Shown piece by piece: positions 10,290 to 20,970 of a stretch of 64,000 nucleotides of DNA; the first letter of the stretch is position 1; the number at the start of each line of letters is the position of its first letter. The notes under the pieces are model-generated. The model was given only the letters and a program-made list of their open reading frames with translations. It had not been told where the DNA came from and did no database searches. The DNA is taken from positions 3,534 to 67,533 of the forward strand of contig CAZYQE010000002.1 of assembly GCA_964650315.1 (NCBI GenBank). The letters are read 5' to 3'. The DNA comes from an uncultured Muribaculaceae bacterium (GTDB lineage: Bacteria > Bacillota_I > Bacilli_A > RF39 > UBA660). A program made the translations under genes and the position numbers.

Positions 10290-11752
10290 TGAAAAGTATA
10301 ATAAAAAAATTAAAAAATTATAAACCTCCAAAATATATTTGTTATTTATATTTTTTTGTTCCAATAATAGTTAGTTGTATAACTAATGTTGCGAAAGAAG
10401 AAGATATATGGTTTTTATTAAATCATGGTAAATATTTAGTTCATCATGGTTTTCCAACAATAGAACCTTTTACTATTCATACTAATTTTGCTTTTGTTAT
10501 GCAGCAATGGTTATCAGCACTAGTATTTTATATGTCTCACTTTATTTTAGGCAAATATGGATTAATATTAGTTATAGTATTAGTTAATTTATTAATATTA
10601 TATTTCTTATATAAATTATGTATGTTACTAAGTAATAATAAATATACTATTTCTACTATTGTTACTTGTGTTACTGATGTAATATTACTATTATTTATAT
10701 TACCGAGACCACAGATATTTACCTTATTATTTTTAGTAATAGTTTTATATATAATGGAGTTATTTTATAAGAATAAAAATACTAAAGCAATTTATTTTTT
10801 AATATTAATTTCATTATTACAAATAAATTTTCATGCCGCTATGTGGCCTATGATATATTTATTTATGTTACCGTATTTAGTAAATTATATTATTTTATAT
10901 TTTAAGAAGAAAGATAAAAGGTTATTTAAATTATTATCTATAATAGTAATAATGTTATTAGTGCAATTTATTAATCCATATGGAATAGAAAGTATAAAAT
11001 ATGTATTCAATTCTTATGGTAATAAATATATAAATAGAATTGTATATGAAATGAGAGCAACAACATTTGAAATATTCCAAGGACAAATATTCTTTACAAC
11101 ATTATTAATATTAATCACTATTTATATATTTTATAGAAAAAATAAAATGCAGTTAAGACATTTTCTCCTATTTATAGGAGTAGTTGTATTAGCACTATCT
11201 AATTTTAGAAATGTAATGTTATATGTAGTTGGAACAATACCATTTTTAGCTTACTATTTAAAAGATTTAATTACTGATAGTAAAAAAACTAAAATAAAAG
11301 ATAAACTATATAAAAACAAATATATAATAACAATATCATTCTTAGTAATAGTTAGTATATTATCTATGATATTTATATCACCAAGTTTTAATAATAAATT
11401 AAAATTAGATAAAGGTGTAAATTATTTATTAAAGAATAATAAGAAAGAAGATATAGTTTTATATACTGGCTATGATAATGGATCATATCCTGAATATAGA
11501 GGTATAAAAGTTTATATGGATACTAGAGCAGAAGTATTCTTAAAATCTAATAATAAAAAAGAAGATGTTTTTAAAGAATATTATTATCTTACATATGGAT
11601 TATTAGATTATGATTCATTTTTAGAAAAGTATAAATTTACTCACTTATTAATAAGTAAAAAAGAGAGATTATATTATATAATTTCAGTTAATAAAAATTA
11701 TAAAAAGATATTTAATACTAAGAAATATAGTATTTTTGAAAAAATAGACTAA
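10289..11752 (+). CDS. polytopic membrane protein with C-terminal extracytoplasmic domain (GT-C-like glycosyltransferase or polymerase suspected)
   Basis: About 12 predicted hydrophobic helices followed by a soluble tail of about 120 aa. Its start overlaps the stop of the upstream oxidoreductase (ATAATG), which suggests translational coupling. Confidence 0.45.
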   Translation: MKSIIKKLKNYKPPKYICYLYFFVPIIVSCITNVAKEEDIWFLLNHGKYLVHHGFPTIEPFTIHTNFAFVMQQWLSALVFYMSHFILGKYGLILVIVLVNLLILYFLYKLCMLLSNNKYTISTIVTCVTDVILLLFILPRPQIFTLLFLVIVLYIMELFYKNKNTKAIYFLILISLLQINFHAAMWPMIYLFMLPYLVNYIILYFKKKDKRLFKLLSIIVIMLLVQFINPYGIESIKYVFNSYGNKYINRIVYEMRATTFEIFQGQIFFTTLLILITIYIFYRKNKMQLRHFLLFIGVVVLALSNFRNVMLYVVGTIPFLAYYLKDLITDSKKTKIKDKLYKNKYIITISFLVIVSILSMIFISPSFNNKLKLDKGVNYLLKNNKKEDIVLYTGYDNGSYPEYRGIKVYMDTRAEVFLKSNNKKEDVFKEYYYLTYGLLDYDSFLEKYKFTHLLISKKERLYYIISVNKNYKKIFNTKKYSIFEKID

Positions 11753-11810
11753 AAATTTGAAAAATTAGTAATTTATTAGTATAATTAATATTAAGAATAG
11801 GAGGATTATA

Positions 11811-13052
11811 ATGGGTAATATATATACAAGTATAGATTTAGGTACTGATAGTATTAAAATATTAGTAATTGAAAAACATAATGATAATTATAATGTTTTA
11901 ACATCCGTAAGTAGTCCTTCTAGAGGTATTGATGATGGACATATAGTTGATATAAAAGAGTGTGTTTCTAGTGTTAAAAAGGCTTTGAAAAAGGCTAATG
12001 ATATGTTAGGAACTAAGATTACTAAAGTTATTGCAAGTGTAGCACCAACTTCAGCTAATTTTGATATTGCAATAGGTTCTGTTGATGTAGAAGATTATAA
12101 TAAAATAACTGGTAATGATATAAGTAATGTATTAAGAGATGCAGTTATAAATCAAATAGATGAAGAACATGAATTAATAACTGCAGTACCTATTAGTTTT
12201 ACTATAGATGAAGAAGAAAATATAAAAGATCCTAAAGGGTTAAAGGGTAAAATATTAGAAACTAAATTAGTTTTAGCTACTTCATCTAAAGAAGAATTAT
12301 ATAGATTATTAGAAGTATTAAAACTTAGTGGTGTAGAAGCTATAGATGTAGCATTTACTTCTACTGGGGATTATTATTCTATAAAGAATTCTAAAAAAGA
12401 TAAAGAAGCAGGTGCTATTATTAATATAGGTGAAAATAGTACAAATATATCTATATTCAATAAGGGTATTCAAATTAAAAATAAAGTTATTAATCTTGGT
12501 AGTAGAAGTGTAGATAGAGATTTATCTTTTGTTTTTAATACTGATATAGAAACTGCGAAAATAATAAAAGAAACTTTTGCTGTAAGTATGGAAGCTTATG
12601 CTGATGTTAATGATACTAGAGAAGTAAGAACTAAAGATGAGTCTATAAAAGAGATTAATCAAGTAGAAGTATCTAAAGTAGTGGAATCAAGAATAATAGA
12701 AATACTAAATTTAGCAAAAAAAGAAATAAAAAACTTAACAAATAGAGAAATACGTTATATAATAATAACAGGTGGACTTAGTGAGCTAGCTGGGTTCCAA
12801 TATATAGTAGATGAAGAACTTGGTTTTAAAGCTAAAGTTTGTAATATTACTGAAGTAGGAATAAGACATAATAAATATAGTAGTGTTTATGGTACTGTTA
12901 AATATTTTGATGATAAAATGAGTTTAAGAGGAAAAGATGCTACAATGATTTCTAAAGAAAGTATGAAATCAATTGTTAATTCTGAAGAAAAAGTAGTAAG
13001 TAATAATACTAATATAATAAGTAAAGTGTTTGGACATTTTTTTGATAATTAA
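11811..13052 (+). CDS. ftsA: cell division protein FtsA
   Basis: Actin-like ATPase motifs ([42 protein letters not shown]). Lies directly upstream of ftsZ. Confidence 0.92.
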   Translation: MGNIYTSIDLGTDSIKILVIEKHNDNYNVLTSVSSPSRGIDDGHIVDIKECVSSVKKALKKANDMLGTKITKVIASVAPTSANFDIAIGSVDVEDYNKITGNDISNVLRDAVINQIDEEHELITAVPISFTIDEEENIKDPKGLKGKILETKLVLATSSKEELYRLLEVLKLSGVEAIDVAFTSTGDYYSIKNSKKDKEAGAIINIGENSTNISIFNKGIQIKNKVINLGSRSVDRDLSFVFNTDIETAKIIKETFAVSMEAYADVNDTREVRTKDESIKEINQVEVSKVVESRIIEILNLAKKEIKNLTNREIRYIIITGGLSELAGFQYIVDEELGFKAKVCNITEVGIRHNKYSSVYGTVKYFDDKMSLRGKDATMISKESMKSIVNSEEKVVSNNTNIISKVFGHFFDN

Positions 13053-13066
13053 GGAGGACTAGGTAT

Positions 13067-14188
13067 ATGTTAGGCGGATTAGAAATGGATCAATTAGCAA
13101 AAATTAAAGTTATAGGACTTGGTGGCGGTGGTGGAAACGCCGTTAATAGAATGGTAGAATCTGGTGTAAAAGGAGTAGAATTTATTGCTGCTAATACAGA
13201 TTTACAAGTATTAAATTCATCTAAAGCAGATGTTAAAATACAAATTGGAGCATCTTTAACAGATGGATTAGGAGCAGGAGCTAAACCTGAAATAGGAAAA
13301 GAAGCAGCTGTAGAATCTAAAAAAGAAATAGAAGATGCATTAGCTGGTTCTGATATGGTATTTATCACTTGTGGAATGGGTGGAGGTACTGGAACAGGTG
13401 CAGCACCAATTATAGCTGAAATAGCTCAAGGACTAGGAGCATTAACAGTAGCTATAGTTACTAAGCCATTCTCATTCGAAGGTAAAAGAAGAATGGATAA
13501 TGCTTTAAAAGGTATTGAAGAATTAAGAAAACATGTGGATACACTAATTGTTATTCCAAATGATAGATTAAGAGAAATTATAGATAAGACTACACCAATG
13601 CTAGAAGCATTTAAAGAAGTTGATAATGTACTTCGTCGTGGTGTTCAATCAATATCAGATTTAATTGCAGTTGTTGGTCTTGTTAACTTAGACTTTGCAG
13701 ATGTTAAAGCAGTTATGAAAGATAGTGGACATGCAATTATTGGAATTGGTATTGGAATGGGTGAAGATAGAGCAATTGAAGCTGCTAAACAAGCAGTATC
13801 ATCTCCACTTCTAGAAACATCAATCGATGGAGCAACAGATGCTATTATTAATATTACAGGTGGAGTTAACCTAACATTATTTGAAGCAGAACAAGCTGCT
13901 GAAGTAGTTAGAAGTGCTGCTAATACTGATATTAATACAATCTTTGGTTCAGTTATTAATGAAAACTTAAGTGATGAAGTAATAGTTACTGTAATTGCAA
14001 CTGGTTTTGATAAAAAAGAAAACAAAAAAGAACAAAAAGATCCAGTATTTAGTAATGCAGCATCTCAAAGAAGAAGTTCAAACAAAGAATATTCATCTCC
14101 AGAAGTATTAACACAAAAAGCTAAAGCAAAAGAAGAAGATGAAGATGATTTTGACTTTCCTCCATTTTTAAGAGATAGAAATTATTAA
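13067..14188 (+). CDS. ftsZ: cell division GTPase FtsZ
   Basis: Tubulin signature [10 protein letters not shown], plus [15 protein letters not shown] and NLDFADV. The disordered tail ends in [18 protein letters not shown] at 13052-13057. Confidence 0.98.
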   Translation: MLGGLEMDQLAKIKVIGLGGGGGNAVNRMVESGVKGVEFIAANTDLQVLNSSKADVKIQIGASLTDGLGAGAKPEIGKEAAVESKKEIEDALAGSDMVFITCGMGGGTGTGAAPIIAEIAQGLGALTVAIVTKPFSFEGKRRMDNALKGIEELRKHVDTLIVIPNDRLREIIDKTTPMLEAFKEVDNVLRRGVQSISDLIAVVGLVNLDFADVKAVMKDSGHAIIGIGIGMGEDRAIEAAKQAVSSPLLETSIDGATDAIINITGGVNLTLFEAEQAAEVVRSAANTDINTIFGSVINENLSDEVIVTVIATGFDKKENKKEQKDPVFSNAASQRRSSNKEYSSPEVLTQKAKAKEEDEDDFDFPPFLRDRNY

Positions 14189-14194
14189 AAAAAT

Positions 14195-14223
14195 AAAACT
14201 AGGAACATTCCTAGTTTTTTTTT
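14195..14223. terminator. bidirectional intrinsic terminator (ftsZ / arginase-family gene)
   Basis: AAAACTAGGA-ACAT-TCCTAGTTTT hairpin followed by a T-run, with an A-run on the other side. Confidence 0.75.
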
Positions 14224-15130
14224 AATATATTTTATCAAAATTTTTACCCTTTTTCTTAGCAGCATTTATTACCTGAGCTAATAAGTTTAAAGCAATTTGT
14301 TCAGTTTTTCTATTCTCATCTCTCAACGGATTAAAATCTAACAAATCATATGAAGTAATATCTTCAATATGTTTTAATATTTCTTCATTAATCTTCATAG
14401 CATCTTCTTCACTAATACCTTCAAACTCTGGGATAGAAACTCCGGGAGCAATATCAGGATCAATTAAGTCTAGAGAAAAACAGATATGAATACCACTAGT
14501 TTTTCTAGATACAATTTCAAATGCTTCTTTTAATACTTGTTCTATTCCTTTAGTTTTAATATCTTCTGTAGTAAATACATTTATACCTGAATATCTAATA
14601 TTATCTTGTTCACTATTTTCAATATTACGAGCACCAATAACAACAGATCTAGCAGTTTGAATTATACTACCATCATGGAAATATCTAAGTTCATGATTCT
14701 CATAACCATTAATAGCACTTAAACTTAAACCAGCAATATTACCACTAATAGTAGTATTAAATGTATTATAATCAGGATGAGCACTTAACCAAATAAGTCC
14801 AATATTCTCATTACCAAATTTCTTTGCAGTTGCTAAACTAGATGCAACTGCAATTGATTTATCTCCTCCAATAGTAATAGGGAAATATTCTTCCTTATTT
14901 TTTTCTAAAATGTTTTTATATAATTCAGTATTTAATCGTTCAATTTCATATTCATTTTTGCGCCTATCAGATAAATTTCTACTTTTAATTATATTTGGAT
15001 TTTGATTAACTGAAATAATTTCACCATCATAAAAACTTTTTAAATCTTTAATTAATTGTACTGGACCTAAAGCTGCACCATCTATGTGTACACCTAAATC
15101 ACTACCAGCACCATATATAGTAATTTTCAT
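14222..15130 (-). CDS. arginase/agmatinase/formiminoglutamase-family (ureohydrolase fold) protein with non-canonical metal-ligand positions
   Basis: Family motifs are recognisable: GGDKS (canonical GGDHS), LSAHPDYN (canonical DAHxD) and SLDLIDPDIAPGV (SxDxDxxDP). Confidence 0.7.
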   Translation of the reverse strand: MKITIYGAGSDLGVHIDGAALGPVQLIKDLKSFYDGEIISVNQNPNIIKSRNLSDRRKNEYEIERLNTELYKNILEKNKEEYFPITIGGDKSIAVASSLATAKKFGNENIGLIWLSAHPDYNTFNTTISGNIAGLSLSAINGYENHELRYFHDGSIIQTARSVVIGARNIENSEQDNIRYSGINVFTTEDIKTKGIEQVLKEAFEIVSRKTSGIHICFSLDLIDPDIAPGVSIPEFEGISEEDAMKINEEILKHIEDITSYDLLDFNPLRDENRKTEQIALNLLAQVINAAKKKGKNFDKIY

Positions 15131-15229
15131 ATTATATCACCATAATAATTTTAACATAAATTATATATCATATAAATAAAAGTATTCAATTTTATCGTAA
15201 AATAATGTATAATAAGAATAGGTGATAAC

Positions 15230-16636
15230 ATGAAATTATTAAGTGAATTATATAGTGGATATCCTGATATTGAAATTAAAGGAATTAAAATAAATTCTAA
15301 ACAAATAGAACCAGGAGATATATTTGTCTGCACTATGGGTGTTACTGCTGATAGACATGATTTTATTGATGAAGCAATTTCTAATGGTGCAAGTGCTATT
15401 GTAGTGAGTAAAGATGTAGAATGTAATGTACCAACAATAAAAGTAGAAAATACAAATGAAGAATTAAGAAAGTTAGCTAAGAAATTTTATGATAATTCAG
15501 ATGAAGACTTAAAATTGATCGCAACTACGGGTACAAATGGAAAAACTACTGTATCTAAATTAATACAAGATTTAATGGGTGAAGATATATGTGGTTATAT
15601 GGGTACTTATGGAATAATATCATCTAAATTTAGTGAAAAAATAATAAATACAACTGCGGATGCAGATAGATTATATATGTATTTTAAAAGATTTGTAGAT
15701 GCAGGATGCAAGTATTTAAGTATGGAAACATCTAGTGAAGCATATTTTAGACATAGATTAGATGATATATATTTTGATATTGGTATAGTTACTAATATTA
15801 CAGAAGATCATTTAAATATTCACAAAACAGTAGAAAACTATGTTTCTTGTAAAAAGGAAATGTTAGAACATGTTAAAGAAGACGGTTATGTAATATTAAA
15901 TACAGAAGATACATATTATGAAGATTTTAAGAAAAGTGCTAAATCTAATATAGTGACATATGGTGAAAATAACGCTGATTTCTTAATAAAAGATTTAGAA
16001 GCAACTAATAAAGATACTAAATTTACAATAAAATATAAATCTAATGATTATAAAATAGTTAGTCCATTATTTGGAGATTTTAATGCTTATAATTTAACTG
16101 CAGCGATTGCTACCTTAGTATGTTTAGGTTATAAAATAGAAGATATTATTGAAAAAATTCCAAATTTAAAACCATTAGCTGGTAGAGTAGAATTTTTAAA
16201 TTATGGACAAAAATATGACATAGTATTAGATTATGCTCATACTACAGATTCATTTTTAAAATTATATCCAGTACTACATAAAATAAAAAGAGGTAAAATA
16301 ATTACTGTAACTGGTACTGCTGGAGGAAGAGAAAAAGAAAAAAGAGGACCTATGGGGAAAGTAGTATTAGATAATTCTGATTATGTTATATTTACTATGG
16401 ATGATCCTAGATATGAAGATGTTAATGAGATTATAGATGATTTAGTATCATTATCAGATAAATCTAATTATGAAAGAATAATTAATAGAAAAGAAGCTAT
16501 TAAAAAAGCTTTTGATATGGCAGAAGATAATGATTTAGTATTAATTGCTGGTAAAGGTAATGATAATTATATGGCAATTGAAGATAAATATGAACCATAT
16601 TGTGATTTAGATGTTATAGAAGATTACTTTAAATAA
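15230..16636 (+). CDS. murE: UDP-MurNAc-L-Ala-D-Glu:diamino-acid ligase
   Basis: Mur ligase P-loop ATTGTNGKTT, central-domain motifs, and C-terminal TMDDPRYED. Confidence 0.88.
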   Translation: MKLLSELYSGYPDIEIKGIKINSKQIEPGDIFVCTMGVTADRHDFIDEAISNGASAIVVSKDVECNVPTIKVENTNEELRKLAKKFYDNSDEDLKLIATTGTNGKTTVSKLIQDLMGEDICGYMGTYGIISSKFSEKIINTTADADRLYMYFKRFVDAGCKYLSMETSSEAYFRHRLDDIYFDIGIVTNITEDHLNIHKTVENYVSCKKEMLEHVKEDGYVILNTEDTYYEDFKKSAKSNIVTYGENNADFLIKDLEATNKDTKFTIKYKSNDYKIVSPLFGDFNAYNLTAAIATLVCLGYKIEDIIEKIPNLKPLAGRVEFLNYGQKYDIVLDYAHTTDSFLKLYPVLHKIKRGKIITVTGTAGGREKEKRGPMGKVVLDNSDYVIFTMDDPRYEDVNEIIDDLVSLSDKSNYERIINRKEAIKKAFDMAEDNDLVLIAGKGNDNYMAIEDKYEPYCDLDVIEDYFK

Positions 16637-16649
16637 TAAGGAGAAACAC

Positions 16650-18062
16650 ATGAGTAAAAAGAAAGAATTAATGAAAAACACAATTATAATATTTTTAGGT
16701 AGAGTATGTACTCAATTAATTTCATTTTTCTTATTACCACTATATACTAGTTTTTTATTAACAAAAGAATATGGTCTTGTTGATTTAATAACTACGTATG
16801 TTACATTATTAGTTCCAATTATTACATTAGAACTAGAAATGAGTGTCTTTAGATACTTAATTGATGTTAGAAAGAATGAAAAAGAAACTAAAAAGATACT
16901 TAGTAATAATTTCTTAGTATTATTGGTATCTCTATTACTATTTAGTTTAGCGTATGTAATAGTAACATGCTTTTGGCATTTTGATTTTAGATGGTTAATA
17001 CTAGTTGATATCATAATATGTACATTCTCAGGAAATTTCTTACAGATTGCTAGAGGTTTAGGAAGAACAATTGATTATGCAATAAGTTGTATAATTACTG
17101 GAGTATCTACAATACTACTTAATATATTATTTATAGTAGTATTAAAAATGGGTGCCTTTGGAATGATTGTGTCAATGGCACTTGCTAATGGATTTGGAGC
17201 GTTATACTTATTTGTTAGATTAAAATTATATAATAAAATAAACTTTAAATTAAAAGATACTAAACTAATAAAGAGTATGTATAAATATTCAATTCCTTTA
17301 GTACCTAATGGAGTTAGTTGGTGGGTAGTAAATGTATCAGATAGAACTATTATATCTATAGTATTAGGTACTGCTGCTAATGGTATATATGCTATTAGTA
17401 ATAAATTCCCAACTATTATATCTAGTTTATTAGGTATATTTAACTTATCTTGGTCAGAAAGTGCTGCACTACATATAAATAGCCCTGATAGAGATAAATT
17501 CTTCACAGATGTATTAAATACAGTTACTAAACTATTTACATCTCTAGGAGTAGGAATGATAGCTTGTATGCCATTTGTATTCCCAATACTTATTAATCAT
17601 AAATATGTAGATGCATTTAACTATATACCTATCTTAATAATTGCCACAATATTTAATGTAGCTATTTGTATGTACACAGGTATTTATATAGCTAAGAAAA
17701 TGACTAAACAAGTTGCATCTACTACTATAATAGGAGCAATAATTAATATAGTAATAAACTTAATATTTATAAAATTTATAGGTATATATGCTGCAGCTAT
17801 TTCAACAGCAATTTCTTACTTCGCAATGATGGTATATAGACATATAGATTTAAAGAAATATGTAAATATTAAATATGAAAAAGGATTAATTATTAATACT
17901 ATTATAATATTCACATTTTCAATAATAATCTACTATCAACATATCTTTATATTAGATGTAATTAATTTATTAATAGTAATAATATATTCATATATAATAA
18001 ATAGAAAATTTATAAAAAATTGGAAAAATATTATCTTTAAAAAACTAGGTTTTAAACAATAA
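16650..18062 (+). CDS. MOP-superfamily oligosaccharide/lipid-linked precursor flippase (Wzx/SpoVB/MurJ-like)
   Basis: 470 aa with about 14 TM helices. N-terminus NTIIIFLGRVCTQLISFFLLPLYTSFL is typical of polysaccharide biosynthesis (PST) proteins. Confidence 0.7.
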   Translation: MSKKKELMKNTIIIFLGRVCTQLISFFLLPLYTSFLLTKEYGLVDLITTYVTLLVPIITLELEMSVFRYLIDVRKNEKETKKILSNNFLVLLVSLLLFSLAYVIVTCFWHFDFRWLILVDIIICTFSGNFLQIARGLGRTIDYAISCIITGVSTILLNILFIVVLKMGAFGMIVSMALANGFGALYLFVRLKLYNKINFKLKDTKLIKSMYKYSIPLVPNGVSWWVVNVSDRTIISIVLGTAANGIYAISNKFPTIISSLLGIFNLSWSESAALHINSPDRDKFFTDVLNTVTKLFTSLGVGMIACMPFVFPILINHKYVDAFNYIPILIIATIFNVAICMYTGIYIAKKMTKQVASTTIIGAIINIVINLIFIKFIGIYAAAISTAISYFAMMVYRHIDLKKYVNIKYEKGLIINTIIIFTFSIIIYYQHIFILDVINLLIVIIYSYIINRKFIKNWKNIIFKKLGFKQ

Positions 18063-18092
18063 TAGAGGGCATATAATTACATAGGTGATTAT

Positions 18093-18788
18093 ATGTTTTT
18101 TTCTGTTTTAAATATAATAAAAGATTTATTATTTTTTACTGGATCATATTCTAATGAAGTATTTCTAGATCCACTTTCCCCTAGTGAAGAAAAGAAATAC
18201 ATAGAATTAAAAGAATCTGGAGATAAAAATGCTCGTAATAAACTTATAGAACACAATTTAAGATTAGTTGCGCATATAGTAAAAAAATATGATAAAAATA
18301 ATATTGATACAGATGATTTAATAAGTATTGGTACTATTGGTCTAATTAAAGGAGTAGATACTTTTTCTAGTAATAAAGGAGTTAAAATAACTACTTATTG
18401 TGCTAGATGTATAGAAAATGAAATATTAATGTATTTTAGATCTAATAATAAATATAATAAAGATATATCTATTAATGAAGCAATCGGTTATGATAAAGAT
18501 GGTAATGAGATTGCTATACTAGATATACTAAAAGCTCCTAAACCAGACTTTATTGAAGATATTAATACTAAAGATAAGATTAATTTATTAAAAAACTATT
18601 TAAAAATATTAACACCAAGAGAAAAAGAAATATTAATAATGAGATATGGTTTAAATAATAGTGATGAATTAACTCAAAAAATAATTGCGAAGAAATTAAA
18701 TATATCTAGAAGTTATGTTTCTAGAATAGAAAAACGTGCTTTAACTAAAATATTAAGAGAATTTATAAAAGATAAGCAAATAGATTAG
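18093..18788 (+). CDS. sigK: sporulation sigma factor pro-sigma-K (uninterrupted)
   Basis: Hydrophobic pro-sequence followed by PLSPSEEKKYIELKESGDKNARNKLIEHNLRLVAHIVKKY, CARCIENEILMYFR and ISRSYVSRIEKRAL. From memory this closely matches B. subtilis SigK. Confidence 0.85.
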   Translation: MFFSVLNIIKDLLFFTGSYSNEVFLDPLSPSEEKKYIELKESGDKNARNKLIEHNLRLVAHIVKKYDKNNIDTDDLISIGTIGLIKGVDTFSSNKGVKITTYCARCIENEILMYFRSNNKYNKDISINEAIGYDKDGNEIAILDILKAPKPDFIEDINTKDKINLLKNYLKILTPREKEILIMRYGLNNSDELTQKIIAKKLNISRSYVSRIEKRALTKILREFIKDKQID

Positions 18789-18848
18789 TATAATACCTAG
18801 ACAACAAAGCAAAATATAAGTATAATATATCTTGTGTAGGTGGTATAA

Positions 18849-20408
18849 GTGGCAAATAGAAAAAGACAAAAGAAAAAATTTAGTAAATACAAATTAAGTT
18901 CTAAGAATTTAAATATTGATCGTATTAAAAATAAATATAAAAAACAAGATGATATAGAAATTCTAGAAGAATTTAATACTAAGAGTATTTTAACTATAGA
19001 TAATTTTAGAAAAGTATTTAAATTATTATTAGTTGGATGTATTCTAATCGCAATATTAAATATAGGAATAGTATTAACTTATAATTATATTTTAATGCCT
19101 AGAATAATATTAAATGGAAATAAGAATATTACTATTAATTATAAAGAGAAATATAAAGAAAAAGGTGCAGAAGCAATTTATCAAGGTAAGAATATTGATG
19201 ATTATTTAAGTATTAGAGGAAAAGTTAATTCTAAGAAATTAGGAAAATATAAAATCACTTATACTGTAAGATATAAATCACTTACTAGAAAATTAAATCG
19301 TTATGTTGAAGTAAAAGATAAATCTAAACCATCTATAATATTTAGACATAATAGTGACAAAGTATATGTTTGTCCAAATAAAGAATTTAAAGGTGAAAAG
19401 TTTAAGGCAATCGATAATTATGATGGAAATATTACTAAAGATGTAGATGTTGAAGTATCTAAAAACTCAGTACTTTATAGAGTGTCTGATAAAGCTGGTA
19501 ATACAGAAATTATAAATAAAAAAATAATTCATGAAGATCATGAAAAACCAAAAATAATATTTACTGATAGTGCTCCTAGATATTTAAATATAGGAGAAGA
19601 ATATATAAAAGAAGACTATAAAGCTATAGATAATTGTGATGGAAATATTACTGATAAAGTAAAAATATCAGGACATGTAGATACTAGTGTGCCTGCTGAA
19701 TATATGATTACTTATAGTGTTGTAGATAAAGCTGGTAATAAAAATGAAATTAGAAGACAAATTATAGTATCTAAATCAAGTGGTAAAGGAACAGTTTATT
19801 TAACATTTGATGATGGTCCTAATGATGGAACTACTAATGTAATATTAGATATATTAAAAGAAGAAAATGTAAAAGCAACTTTCTTTGTTACTAATAAAGG
19901 ACCAGATAATTTAATCAAAAGAGAGCATGATGAAGGTCATACAGTTGCTCTACATAGTGCTACTCATGATTATAGTTATATATATTCATCTACAGAAAAC
20001 TATTATAAAGATTTAAAATCTGTATCTGATAGAGTAGAAAGATTAACTGGTGTAGAATCAAAAATAATAAGATTCCCTGGAGGAGCTTCTAATACAATTA
20101 GTAGAAGATATAAACCAGGTATAATGAGTGAACTTACTAAGACAGTATTACAAAAAGGTTATAAGTATTATGACTGGAATATTTCTAGTGATGATGCAGA
20201 ACCATGGCCACATACAAAAGAAGAAATTTACAACAAAGTAACTAGAAGTTTAAGTAAAGATAAAACTAATATGGTTTTAATGCATGATATTAAACCATAT
20301 ACAAGAGATGCTATAAGGAATATAATTAAATATTGTAAAAAACATGGATATAGAATGGAAAGAATAACTCAATCTACTGATATGATTACACAACATGTAA
20401 ATAATTAG
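18849..20408 (+). CDS. membrane-anchored polysaccharide deacetylase (NodB domain) with two Ig-like repeats
   Basis: GTG start after AGGTGG. One TM helix. Two repeats contain KAIDN(Y/C)DGNIT. NodB motifs are LTFDDGPNDG and HSATHDY. Confidence 0.85.
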   Translation: MANRKRQKKKFSKYKLSSKNLNIDRIKNKYKKQDDIEILEEFNTKSILTIDNFRKVFKLLLVGCILIAILNIGIVLTYNYILMPRIILNGNKNITINYKEKYKEKGAEAIYQGKNIDDYLSIRGKVNSKKLGKYKITYTVRYKSLTRKLNRYVEVKDKSKPSIIFRHNSDKVYVCPNKEFKGEKFKAIDNYDGNITKDVDVEVSKNSVLYRVSDKAGNTEIINKKIIHEDHEKPKIIFTDSAPRYLNIGEEYIKEDYKAIDNCDGNITDKVKISGHVDTSVPAEYMITYSVVDKAGNKNEIRRQIIVSKSSGKGTVYLTFDDGPNDGTTNVILDILKEENVKATFFVTNKGPDNLIKREHDEGHTVALHSATHDYSYIYSSTENYYKDLKSVSDRVERLTGVESKIIRFPGGASNTISRRYKPGIMSELTKTVLQKGYKYYDWNISSDDAEPWPHTKEEIYNKVTRSLSKDKTNMVLMHDIKPYTRDAIRNIIKYCKKHGYRMERITQSTDMITQHVNN

Positions 20409-20451
20409 ACTATTTATAAAAAATAAGATATAATAAATAATAGGTGATAAT

Positions 20452-20970
20452 ATGGGTATTTTTAAACCTACAATGTATAAAAAGAACATTTATGATATTG
20501 ATTATAATAAACTAAAGAAAATGGGAAAGAAATGTCTCATTTTTGATCTTGATAATACATTAGGTTTAATAGAACATAAAAAATGTCCATTAAAAACTAA
20601 AAGATTATTAAAGAAATTACAAAAAGATTTTAAAATATTTATTGCGTCTAATAATACAACAAAAAGATTAAGACCATACATAGATGATTTAGGTGTAGAA
20701 GGAGTATCTAATTGTTTAAAACCATTAACTTTTGGATTATTAAGAATTAAAAAGAAATATAATTTCAAAAAGAAAGAAATGGTTATGATAGGAGATCAAC
20801 TAGTAACAGATGTACTTGCTGGCAAAAGATTTAAAATAATGACTGTTTTAGTAGATCCACTAGGTAAAAAAGATTTAAAAATAACAGGCTTAAATAGAAA
20901 GATCGAAAGTATGATAATAAAAAAATATGAAAAGCGTGGTCATTTCGAAAGAGGTAAATATTATGAGTAA
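20452..20970 (+). CDS. yqeG: YqeG-family HAD-IIIA phosphatase
   Basis: DLDNT motif (LIFDLDNTL) and GDQLVTDV. Lies directly upstream of yqeH, as in Bacillus. Confidence 0.85.
   Translation: MGIFKPTMYKKNIYDIDYNKLKKMGKKCLIFDLDNTLGLIEHKKCPLKTKRLLKKLQKDFKIFIASNNTTKRLRPYIDDLGVEGVSNCLKPLTFGLLRIKKKYNFKKKEMVMIGDQLVTDVLAGKRFKIMTVLVDPLGKKDLKITGLNRKIESMIIKKYEKRGHFERGKYYE

Noticed and set aside
18093-18788. A skin-like intervening element, or a split sigK.
   Set aside because: The ORF is continuous from the pro-sequence to region 4.2. No recombinase or prophage genes are nearby.
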